From a candidate division WOR-3 bacterium (GTDB taxonomy: Bacteria; Hydrothermota; Tepidihabitantia; SM23-42; CAYGYG01), in the NCBI GenBank assembly GCA_965648915.1, contig CBFGIV010000002.1:85711-149710 (forward strand): a DNA stretch of 64,000 nucleotides. The letters are read 5' to 3'. Under the pieces are notes generated by a model. That model ran no database searches. It was not told where the DNA came from and saw nothing but the letters and a program-made list of their open reading frames with translations. Shown here piece after piece: positions 19,011 to 27,496 of the stretch (positions are counted from its first letter, which is position 1; each line of letters opens with the position of its first letter). The position numbers and the translations under genes were made by a program.

Positions 19011-19014
19011 ATTT

Positions 19015-22000
19015 ATGAATTTAAATGAAGAGCGGCGATTAATAACGATTCTTTTTGCTGATCTATCGGGGTTCACCACTCTTGCCCAGCATCTTGATCC
19101 TGAAGAGGTCAGTGAGGTAATAAATATCTGCTTCGGTCATTTAAATCCGATAATCACACACCATGGGGGCGTAATTCATAAGTATGAAGGTGACCTGGTT
19201 ATCGCGCTATTTGGGTTACCGGTTACCCATGAAGACGATCCGGAACGTGCGGTCAGGGCGGCCATAGAGATGATGGCTTCTGTACCCGAGATAAATGCAT
19301 CGCTCCTTAATAGGTTGAGTATCCGGAGTAGTGTCGATCTCCATATCGGAATCAGCAGTGGAGTTGTTTTTGTGGGCGAAGTTGGCTCAAGGGAAAAACA
19401 CGAATACACCGTAATGGGTGAAGTGGTAAATCTGGCTTCGCGTCTCAAAGATACAGCAAAAGCTGGCGAGATCCTTATTGCAGAGACAATCTATCGGTTA
19501 ACCCATTATCTTATTGAAACTGTCCCCCTGCCGCCAGTTAAACTTAAGGGCATCGAGGGCGAAGTAAGAATTTTCAAAGTCCTGGGTTTGAAATCCGAGC
19601 CGGAACCGGAACGTGGCATAAGAGGACTATCTTCACCACTGGTTGGTCGGGACCGAGAGTTCGCCCTGCTTAAAACTGCGGTTGAACGTCTGACCCAAGG
19701 AAAGGGTGGTATAATTTTCATCATCGGCGACCCCGGAATCGGGAAATCACGTCTTTTTGAGGAAATAAGGAATTTCATTATTACTGAGGAGATACCAATC
19801 ACCATATTTGAAGGTCGTTGTCTTGCTTATGGTGAAAATCTTGCTTATCATCCGTTTTTGCCGGTTTTAAGAAAAATTACCGGTATTACTGAAAAAGACT
19901 CAGTCAGTGATATTCAGAATAAATTAATCAGATTTACCGCCGAACTCTTTCCGGATGATTATAAAAGTGTCGCGCCCTACATCGGTTATCTCTTTTCTAT
20001 CCGTTATGGTGACGAACTGGATGAAAAGGTTAAGTATTTAGACCCCAAGGGTTTAAGGTATCAGATCTTTTTGAGTATAAAGAGATTACTTTTTGCTCTG
20101 GCTCAGAGGCAACCACTCCTGTTGGTTATTGAAGATTATCACTGGATCGATACTGAATCTTTAGAACTGCTTGAATTCATATATGAGCAATCAATTTCGG
20201 CGCCGATGCTGATGTTCGCTTTATCGCGCTTTGTCAAAGAAAAGATCCCAGGGATAGTAAAAGAGCGGCTCCGCAAAAAACTCAGCGAAAATTTTACCGA
20301 AATAATTTTAAGACCACTCGATCGAGATGCCGGGGCCCAACTTCTTTACAATCTATTAAATTTTCCGGACATCAGTCCGGACCTGAAAAACCAGATATTG
20401 ATGAAGGCCGACGGTAATCCATACTTTGTCGAAGAAATAATTCGTTCTTTGATTGATACCAGTAAACTTAAATTCACATCCGGACGATGGAAGGCGATCG
20501 GAGACTTTACGACGATTACCATTCCCGACACGATTCAACTGTTACTTACATCACGAATTGACCAGCTGGATGATGATGTGAGAAACGTACTGCAACAGGC
20601 TTCAATAATTGGGAGAATTTTTGATGTCGAATTGTTAGAACTGGTAAATGGTGCAAATCATCTTATGCTCAGCCTTTATCTCGCAACCCTTGAGGAATTT
20701 GGATTTATAATGCGGGTACCGGGTGAGGGTGATCTGCGTTACCAGTTTCGTCACCCTCTCTTGTATGAGGTGGTCTACAATAGCATTTTGAAAAAAAACC
20801 GACGATCGTTACATCGGAAGGTAGGTGAATTGATCGAAAATATTCATAAAGAGCGACTGGATGATTGGGCGGAGGCGCTTGCCCATCAATATGGTCAGAG
20901 TGATAATTATGAAAGGGCAATGCACTGGCTGATGCGGGCAGGGTATAAAGCCAAGGGACGATATGCCAATGATGAGGCAATCAGTTTCTTCGAGAAACTG
21001 ATTGCAATAACAACAACCGTAACCAAGGTTGAAAAAGAAGTCCGGAGGCGGTATCGGGTTCAGGCCTCAGAAGCGCTAGGGGAGTTATATTTCTTAACCG
21101 GTAGGTATGATCAGGCAATCAAAAATTTTGAAATGATGCGCGACAATGCTCAGAGCGTTGGCGATCGAGCACGGGCCCAGCGACAGTTGGCTACGATTTA
21201 TCAGAATCAAGGACAGTATGATTTTGCTTTACAGTTACTCGATGAGATTGAAAAGTCGTTCACCGGTACGTCGCTATCTGAAATATTGGAACGAGTAGAA
21301 ATTATGATTCTAAGAGGCTGGATATACTGGGTGCGGGGGATGCTGGAACCGGCGCGGGCCGAGTGTGAAGAAGCTATCAATCTTTTAGGTAAACTTAACC
21401 CCGAGGAGCAACTGGTGAAGGCGCTTAAAGCAACAGCAATGAGTCGACTCGGATTAATTGCTCAAACAAAAGGAGAATATGAGAAGGCAATTGCATATAA
21501 TGAAGAGGATTTAAGACTCTCTCGAGAAATTGCCAATAAAAAAGGTATCAGCCGTGCCTGCTGTAATCTCGGTAGTATCTACAAAGAATTCGGTCAGTAT
21601 GATCGGGCGATTGAGTATTATGATGAAGACTTAAGAATATCAGAAGAGATCGGTGATAAACAGGGGATGGGGATAACGGCAAATAATTTAGGCACGATCT
21701 ATTTGATTAAAAAGGATTATGACCGGGCACAAGAACTTTTTCAAAAATACCTGATTATCTCTCAAGAGACTGGATATCTCCAGGGGATGGGCACGGCCAA
21801 GCTCAATCTCGGGTCGTTGGCCCTGCGGGTCTCCGAAATTGAAGATGCTGAGAAAAATTTGCTTGAAGCCGAAGCGATTCTTAAAGAAATCGGTTATCAT
21901 AGTGTCTTGATTACGGTCTACATTTTACTGGCCGAACTCTATCTGGTGCACCGAAAAGAGATGAAGAAGGCGTGGTCTTATCTCAATCGGGCCAGACAAT

Positions 22001-22266
22001 TGAACCGGCAAGTGGATTCAAAATCACAGTGGGCAAAGATATTTTTTGCTTATGGTAAGATGAATATGGAGCGAGGTGAGTGGTTAAAGGCGGGAAAGAA
22101 CTTTGACCGAGCAGTGGAGAGATTTCTTGAACTTGGTGAGTTGAAGTATGCGGCCGAGGTTTATGAGAAATATGCCGAGTTATTCCGATTGACAGGAGAT
22201 AGAGAGAGAAATAATTTATATTCCCAAAAGGCGAAAGATATCTACAAGAAGTTAGGAGTATCTTGA
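19015..22266 (+). CDS. Class III adenylate/guanylate cyclase domain + P-loop (STAND/AAA-like) NTPase + TPR-repeat protein
   Basis: N-terminus ITILFADLSGFTTL with metal-binding Asp, and VMGEVVNLASRL, are class III cyclase motifs; Walker A GDPGIGKS; C-terminal half has multiple TPR-like repeats. Confidence 0.8.
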   Translation: MNLNEERRLITILFADLSGFTTLAQHLDPEEVSEVINICFGHLNPIITHHGGVIHKYEGDLVIALFGLPVTHEDDPERAVRAAIEMMASVPEINASLLNRLSIRSSVDLHIGISSGVVFVGEVGSREKHEYTVMGEVVNLASRLKDTAKAGEILIAETIYRLTHYLIETVPLPPVKLKGIEGEVRIFKVLGLKSEPEPERGIRGLSSPLVGRDREFALLKTAVERLTQGKGGIIFIIGDPGIGKSRLFEEIRNFIITEEIPITIFEGRCLAYGENLAYHPFLPVLRKITGITEKDSVSDIQNKLIRFTAELFPDDYKSVAPYIGYLFSIRYGDELDEKVKYLDPKGLRYQIFLSIKRLLFALAQRQPLLLVIEDYHWIDTESLELLEFIYEQSISAPMLMFALSRFVKEKIPGIVKERLRKKLSENFTEIILRPLDRDAGAQLLYNLLNFPDISPDLKNQILMKADGNPYFVEEIIRSLIDTSKLKFTSGRWKAIGDFTTITIPDTIQLLLTSRIDQLDDDVRNVLQQASIIGRIFDVELLELVNGANHLMLSLYLATLEEFGFIMRVPGEGDLRYQFRHPLLYEVVYNSILKKNRRSLHRKVGELIENIHKERLDDWAEALAHQYGQSDNYERAMHWLMRAGYKAKGRYANDEAISFFEKLIAITTTVTKVEKEVRRRYRVQASEALGELYFLTGRYDQAIKNFEMMRDNAQSVGDRARAQRQLATIYQNQGQYDFALQLLDEIEKSFTGTSLSEILERVEIMILRGWIYWVRGMLEPARAECEEAINLLGKLNPEEQLVKALKATAMSRLGLIAQTKGEYEKAIAYNEEDLRLSREIANKKGISRACCNLGSIYKEFGQYDRAIEYYDEDLRISEEIGDKQGMGITANNLGTIYLIKKDYDRAQELFQKYLIISQETGYLQGMGTAKLNLGSLALRVSEIEDAEKNLLEAEAILKEIGYHSVLITVYILLAELYLVHRKEMKKAWSYLNRARQLNRQVDSKSQWAKIFFAYGKMNMERGEWLKAGKNFDRAVERFLELGELKYAAEVYEKYAELFRLTGDRERNNLYSQKAKDIYKKLGVS

Positions 22267-22288
22267 GATAATCGGTCAAAAGGTTGTA

Positions 22289-22317
22289 TTGACAAAAATA
22301 AGAAGATCGATTATACT
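22289..22317 (+). promoter_or_regulatory. Sigma-70-type promoter (TTGACA-N17-TATACT) for rpsA; leader contains hairpin CCCCGTCAAAGGGG and an AGGAGG SD
   Basis: Read directly from the sequence. Confidence 0.55.
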
Positions 22318-22371
22318 TAATTCTTAAATTTTTACCCCGTCAAAGGGGAAAGGAGGCAAGAAAGAATAACC

Positions 22372-24021
22372 ATGAAGGACTTTTATGAATCTTCATTTCT
22401 CAACCTTAAGGAAGGAGAGATAATCACTGGTAAGATTGTAAAACGTGTTGGTAATTCAGTTTTAGTTGATCTCGGATTGAAGTCCGAGGGATTTTTACCG
22501 GTTGATGAGTTCAAAAACTTAGAGGATATTGTTCCAGGTAATGAAGTTGCGGTCTTTTTAGAACTACTGGAGAACAAAGAAGGTTTTCCAGTGATATCAA
22601 AGAAGAAAGCCGATTTCCTGCTTGCCTGGGAACAGATCAAGAAGATGTACGAAACGGGTGAAGCGGCTCAGGCCCAGATAAGAAAGCGGATCAAAGGAGG
22701 ATTTTTAGTTGAGATTCTCGGGGTTGATGCTTTTCTTCCTGGTTCGCAGATCGATATCAAGACCCCGGCTGAGGAGGCTGAACTCCACAACAAAAAGATC
22801 GGCGTTAAGATTGTAAAACTTAACTGGTTAAGAAAGAACATTGTAGTTTCAAGACGGTTGGTGATTGAAGAGGAACAGGAGAAGGCCAAGAAAAAGATCT
22901 TTGATAAATATAAAGTTGGTGATATCATTGAGGGCGAAGTTAAGGGCATTACCGAGTTCGGTGCCTTTATCGATATCGGTGGCGTCGATGCCCTCCTTCA
23001 TCTGGTAGATCTATCCTGGGGTAAAGTTACCCACCCCTCAGAGGTGTTGAAGATCGGTGATCGGATCCGGGTGAAGATTCTTAACTTAGACTTTGACAGC
23101 GGACGTATATCAGTTGGCTTAAAACAACTTACACCCCATCCCTGGGACGGTATCGAGGAGCGATATCCGATCGGAAGTAAGATCAAAGGTCGGGTCACGA
23201 GTGTCGTCGACTATGGTGCCTTTGTTGAACTGGAAAAGGGTGTCGAAGGGCTGGTTCATATCTCGGAGATGTCATGGACAAAATCGATCAAGCATCCCTC
23301 TCAGATTCTTGAGGAGGGTGATATGGTGGAAGCGGTTGTCCTTTCGATCGATCGCGATAATAAACGGATTTCCCTGGGTATCAAGCAGACCAAACCTGAT
23401 CCCTGGTCAGTCCTTGATCAGAAGTATAAAATTGGTGATCGGGTCACAGTTAAAGTCAAAAAACTTAAGGAGTACGGAGCCTTTGTTGAACTCGAGGAAG
23501 GTATTGAAGGACTGATTCACCTCTCGGACTTCTCATGGACAAAAAAGATCAAACAACCTAAAGAAGTGCTAAAACGGGGGCAGAAGGTGGAAGCGGTTGT
23601 CGTCAAACTTGATCGGGAAAATCGTCGTATCGCCCTGAGTTTAAAACATACCAAGGAAGATCCATTTGAAAAATTCGTTGGGCAGTATGAGGAAGGTAAA
23701 ACAATCAAAGTTAAGGTAGTCGACATACTCAATCAGGGTATTGGTGTTCAACTTGATTTTGGTATCGAAGAATTTATCCCGGTTGCCAAACTTAATATAC
23801 CAAAAGGCAAAAAGGTCAAGGATGTTTACAGCCTGGGGACTGAGTTAGAAGTTGTTATCGATAAGATAAATCAGAAGACAAGGAGGATCAGTCTAACTGA
23901 GAAAGGTTTAAAGGAAACAACCGAGGCCGTCGAAGCAGCCGGGATTGAGTTGCCCAAAGAGGAAAAGGCTTACTTTGGAGATTTTATCAAAGAAGAGAAA
24001 GAAAAAGAAAAACAGAAGTGA
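22372..24021 (+). CDS. rpsA: 30S ribosomal protein S1
   Basis: Six S1 domain repeats (G.I..G.V..I..FGAFV.L..G..GL.H.S.); Lys-rich tail. Confidence 0.92.
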   Translation: MKDFYESSFLNLKEGEIITGKIVKRVGNSVLVDLGLKSEGFLPVDEFKNLEDIVPGNEVAVFLELLENKEGFPVISKKKADFLLAWEQIKKMYETGEAAQAQIRKRIKGGFLVEILGVDAFLPGSQIDIKTPAEEAELHNKKIGVKIVKLNWLRKNIVVSRRLVIEEEQEKAKKKIFDKYKVGDIIEGEVKGITEFGAFIDIGGVDALLHLVDLSWGKVTHPSEVLKIGDRIRVKILNLDFDSGRISVGLKQLTPHPWDGIEERYPIGSKIKGRVTSVVDYGAFVELEKGVEGLVHISEMSWTKSIKHPSQILEEGDMVEAVVLSIDRDNKRISLGIKQTKPDPWSVLDQKYKIGDRVTVKVKKLKEYGAFVELEEGIEGLIHLSDFSWTKKIKQPKEVLKRGQKVEAVVVKLDRENRRIALSLKHTKEDPFEKFVGQYEEGKTIKVKVVDILNQGIGVQLDFGIEEFIPVAKLNIPKGKKVKDVYSLGTELEVVIDKINQKTRRISLTEKGLKETTEAVEAAGIELPKEEKAYFGDFIKEEKEKEKQK

Positions 24022-25214
24022 CACGGCTGGTCAATCTTGGTTGTAAACTTAATCAATATGAAGGTCACTGCCTTTTAACCATCTGTCAAGATGGTAATAT
24101 CGTTAAGGATCAATTCTTAAATAAAGATGATCCAGCCCCGAAGAAAATTGTCATTGTTAATACCTGTGTTGTAACAAAAGAAGCCGAGCGCAAATCCCTT
24201 AAACGAATTCGACAGGCGGTTCGACAGCAACCCAAACCGTTCATTATCGTTACTGGCTGTCTGGCAGAAAAATGGGAATCAGGTTTTGAGGGTGTTGATT
24301 TAATTTTGAAGAGTAAAGATCGTCACCCCCTAATGGAAAAAGTCTTCCCTCAACCCAGACAGACCCGCTACTTTCTTAAAATTCAAGATGGCTGCGATTC
24401 AGGATGCAGTTATTGTATCGTTCCCCTGGTGCGAGGTAGGCATACAAGCATCGCTCAGGATAGAATCATAAGTGAAATTGAGTACGCCCGGGATCGGGGT
24501 TATCCGGAAATTGTTTTAACCGGTGTGAACCTAGGTTACTATGGTAAGGAGTTTGACGGTTCGCTGGTCGACCTTTTACGGAGGATCGGCCGTATTCCTT
24601 CGTTACCGCGTCTCCGTCTCTCTTCCTTAGAACCCCAGTTTCTCATCCCGGAGATATTCGCCCTCTTCAATGATTTACCACTCTGCAAGCACCTCCACCT
24701 GCCGGTGCAGAGTGGCGATCCTGATGTTCTTCAATCGATGCATCGATTTTATGATATTAACAAGCTTCGAAAGATGATGGATCTGATCCAGACGCGTTTC
24801 CCTCAGTTCGCTTTTGGGGCTGATTTCATAACTGGTTTTCCAACTGAAGATAGACAATCTTTTGAAAAGACATTTGAGTTTATTAGAACTGCACCCTTCA
24901 GTTACCTCCATATCTTTCCTTATTCACCCCGTCCTGGGACCAGGGCATTTCCGCTGGGTGATCCTGTGAAACCTGAAGAAAAGCATTCACGGGTAAAACT
25001 TCTCCGTGCCCTGGGCAGGGAAAAGTCTTATGATTTTAGAAAGAGATTTATCAATCAGAAATTTATGATTACGGTCGAGCGCAGGAATGGTAAAACCTCT
25101 GGTCTTACTGAGAATTATATTAGAATGATTATTCCGGCAAAGCCCTATGAAAATCTTATTGAGGCACAGATCGTGAAAGTTGAGTTTGACTATACACTGG
25201 GTAAGATCGTATGA
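24018..25214 (+). CDS. mtaB: tRNA methylthiotransferase, MtaB-like radical SAM
   Basis: N-terminus LGCKLNQYE is MtaB-type; radical SAM CDSGCSYC; GTG start overlapping the rpsA stop. Confidence 0.7.
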   Translation: MTRLVNLGCKLNQYEGHCLLTICQDGNIVKDQFLNKDDPAPKKIVIVNTCVVTKEAERKSLKRIRQAVRQQPKPFIIVTGCLAEKWESGFEGVDLILKSKDRHPLMEKVFPQPRQTRYFLKIQDGCDSGCSYCIVPLVRGRHTSIAQDRIISEIEYARDRGYPEIVLTGVNLGYYGKEFDGSLVDLLRRIGRIPSLPRLRLSSLEPQFLIPEIFALFNDLPLCKHLHLPVQSGDPDVLQSMHRFYDINKLRKMMDLIQTRFPQFAFGADFITGFPTEDRQSFEKTFEFIRTAPFSYLHIFPYSPRPGTRAFPLGDPVKPEEKHSRVKLLRALGREKSYDFRKRFINQKFMITVERRNGKTSGLTENYIRMIIPAKPYENLIEAQIVKVEFDYTLGKIV

Positions 25215-26506
25215 AGTATTTTTTCAAGACCTATGGCTGCCAGATGAATCAGAATGATTCAGTATTGATCGAAAGCCTGATGGCGACGAGGGGATATGGA
25301 CAGGCGGAGAATATTGATCAGGCAGATCTGTTGATCGTTAATACCTGTTCGGTCCGGGCCCACGCCGAAGCTCGGGCCGGTGGATTTATTGCCTCGCTGG
25401 CAAGATGGAAGAGAGCACGCTCGGATCGGGTGCTCTGTATCTGCGGCTGTATGGCGCAGCGCTATGGGGTTAAACTTTTAGAAAGGTATCCCTGGATCGA
25501 TATCCTTATTGGTCCGGATCGTTATCGGAAAATTTATGATTACCTTGAGGAGGTTCGGACAAAGAGGAGTAAAGTTTGTGATCTGAGTCTGACCGGTGAA
25601 ACTTACTGCGGCATAAAACCTTTCAAGACCGGAACGATCAGCAGTTATGTTTCAATTATGCGTGGTTGTGACAATTACTGTTCATTCTGTATCATTCCGT
25701 ATCTCAGAGGCAGGGCGAGATCCAGACCAACGGATGATATTATCGATGAAATTAAGTCCCTGATTGATCAGGGGGTTAAGGAGATCACATTACTCGGTCA
25801 GAATGTTAATGCCTATAAGTTTAACAAAGTCCATTTTGCTGACCTGTTAGAGATGATAAATCAGATCAAAGGGCTTTTAAGAATAAGATTTATGACGTCT
25901 CATCCGGCTGATATGTCTGAAGAGATCCTGAGGGCAGTGGCCGGTCTTGATAAGGTTTGCGAATATATCCATCTTCCGTTTCAATCTGGTTCTGATCGCA
26001 TCCTCGGTTTGATGAATCGAAAATATTCAAGCGCGCAATATAAAGAGATCGTGAATATAGCCCGGAATCTTATCCCCGGACTGGCCCTATCGACCGATGT
26101 AATTGTCGGTTTTCCGACTGAAGCCGAAGATGATTATCAGGCGACCTATCGCCTGATGTCCGAGATCGAATTTGATTTTGCGTATATGTTTAAGTATTCA
26201 CCCCATAAAGAAACCGGTGCATTTCGTCTTGAACCAAAGGTTGATCCGGCAGTTGCTCAACGCCGTCTGGATGAAATAATAAGACTGCAGAATAGAATTA
26301 CCCGACAGAAGAATGCAGGTTTGATCGGCCAGAAGGTTGAGGTCCTGATCGAGGGGAATAGTTATGATAAAAAACTTATGGGCAAGACCCGGGATAACAG
26401 GATGGTGATCTTTGAAGGCAAAGGCAATATCGGCGATCTGGTTTGGGTTCAGATTGAAAAACTTAACGGCTGGACACCGGTCGGTTTTGTTGTAATAACT
26501 GCTTGA
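25211..26506 (+). CDS. miaB: tRNA-2-methylthio-N6-dimethylallyladenosine synthase
   Basis: TYGCQMNQNDS N-terminal MTTase motif; radical SAM CDNYCSFC; TRAM-like C-terminus. Confidence 0.85.
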   Translation: MKYFFKTYGCQMNQNDSVLIESLMATRGYGQAENIDQADLLIVNTCSVRAHAEARAGGFIASLARWKRARSDRVLCICGCMAQRYGVKLLERYPWIDILIGPDRYRKIYDYLEEVRTKRSKVCDLSLTGETYCGIKPFKTGTISSYVSIMRGCDNYCSFCIIPYLRGRARSRPTDDIIDEIKSLIDQGVKEITLLGQNVNAYKFNKVHFADLLEMINQIKGLLRIRFMTSHPADMSEEILRAVAGLDKVCEYIHLPFQSGSDRILGLMNRKYSSAQYKEIVNIARNLIPGLALSTDVIVGFPTEAEDDYQATYRLMSEIEFDFAYMFKYSPHKETGAFRLEPKVDPAVAQRRLDEIIRLQNRITRQKNAGLIGQKVEVLIEGNSYDKKLMGKTRDNRMVIFEGKGNIGDLVWVQIEKLNGWTPVGFVVITA

Positions 26507-26519
26507 GAGAGGAGGTTCG

Positions 26520-27401
26520 ATGTTTACTGGTTGTTATGTTGCCTTGGTCACACCATTTAAGAAAGATGGCGTGCTTGATGAAAGTGGACTGAGAAAGAAC
26601 ATTAAATTTTTGCTCAGGAATAAAGTGGATGGACTTGTGCCCTGCGCTACTACGGGCGAGGCCCCCAGTCTGAATGAGGATGAATACGAAAGGATTATCA
26701 GTATCACCGTGGAAGAGGCTAAAGGTAAGGTGAAGATTGTCCCCGGAGCAGGGACAAATTCAACCCACAAGACAATTGCCCTTATGGAAAGGGCGAAGGA
26801 ATTAGGTGCGGATGGTTGTCTGGTGGTTACCCCGTATTACAATAAACCAGGCCAGGAGGGGCTGTATGCTCATTTTCGCGCCATCACCGAAGCGGTGGAT
26901 ATTCCGGTTATAATTTATAATGTCCCGGGAAGGACCGGCGTCAATATACTTCCCAAGACAATCCGTCGATTAGCTACCGACTGTGAGAAGATTGTCGGAG
27001 TAAAAGAAGCAAGCGGTAGCCTTGATCAGGCTTCGGAGATTCGACGAAGTTGTGGACCGGACTTCGACCTTTTATCCGGTGATGATTCACTTACCCTGCC
27101 GATGATGGCGATCGGTGCTCAGGGTGTAATCTCGGTAATCGCCAATATTGCTCCCAGAGAGATTACCCAGATGGTAAATTATTATTTGAAAGGAAATGAG
27201 GATAAGGCCCGGGCAATACATCTCCGGCTTTTCTCTTTAATGAAGTTACTATTTATCGAAACCAATCCGGTTCCGATAAAGAAGGCGATGGAATTTATGA
27301 AGATGCCCGCGGGTAAACCCCGTCTTCCCCTGGTGGAGATGAGTAAGGATAATGCCGAATTGCTCAAGAAGGAGCTGACCCGGTTAGGCTGGATTGAGTA
27401 G
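26520..27401 (+). CDS. dapA: 4-hydroxy-tetrahydrodipicolinate synthase
   Basis: VALVTPF...GLVPCATTGE...YNVPGRTG typical DapA; GGAGG SD. Confidence 0.9.
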   Translation: MFTGCYVALVTPFKKDGVLDESGLRKNIKFLLRNKVDGLVPCATTGEAPSLNEDEYERIISITVEEAKGKVKIVPGAGTNSTHKTIALMERAKELGADGCLVVTPYYNKPGQEGLYAHFRAITEAVDIPVIIYNVPGRTGVNILPKTIRRLATDCEKIVGVKEASGSLDQASEIRRSCGPDFDLLSGDDSLTLPMMAIGAQGVISVIANIAPREITQMVNYYLKGNEDKARAIHLRLFSLMKLLFIETNPVPIKKAMEFMKMPAGKPRLPLVEMSKDNAELLKKELTRLGWIE

Positions 27402-27496
27402 TGTTCTAATTTTTCCTTGTCATTTTACTCTATTTATCTATAATAGTTGAAAGTGCATTATATAAAGATTGTCGTATAATGTGAAAGGAGTGTTAG

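Noticed and set aside
18987-19014. TTGACA-N17-CATTTA inside motif copy 2 as a promoter for the cyclase gene
   Set aside because: The -10 is poor and the implied TSS would be downstream of ATG 19015.
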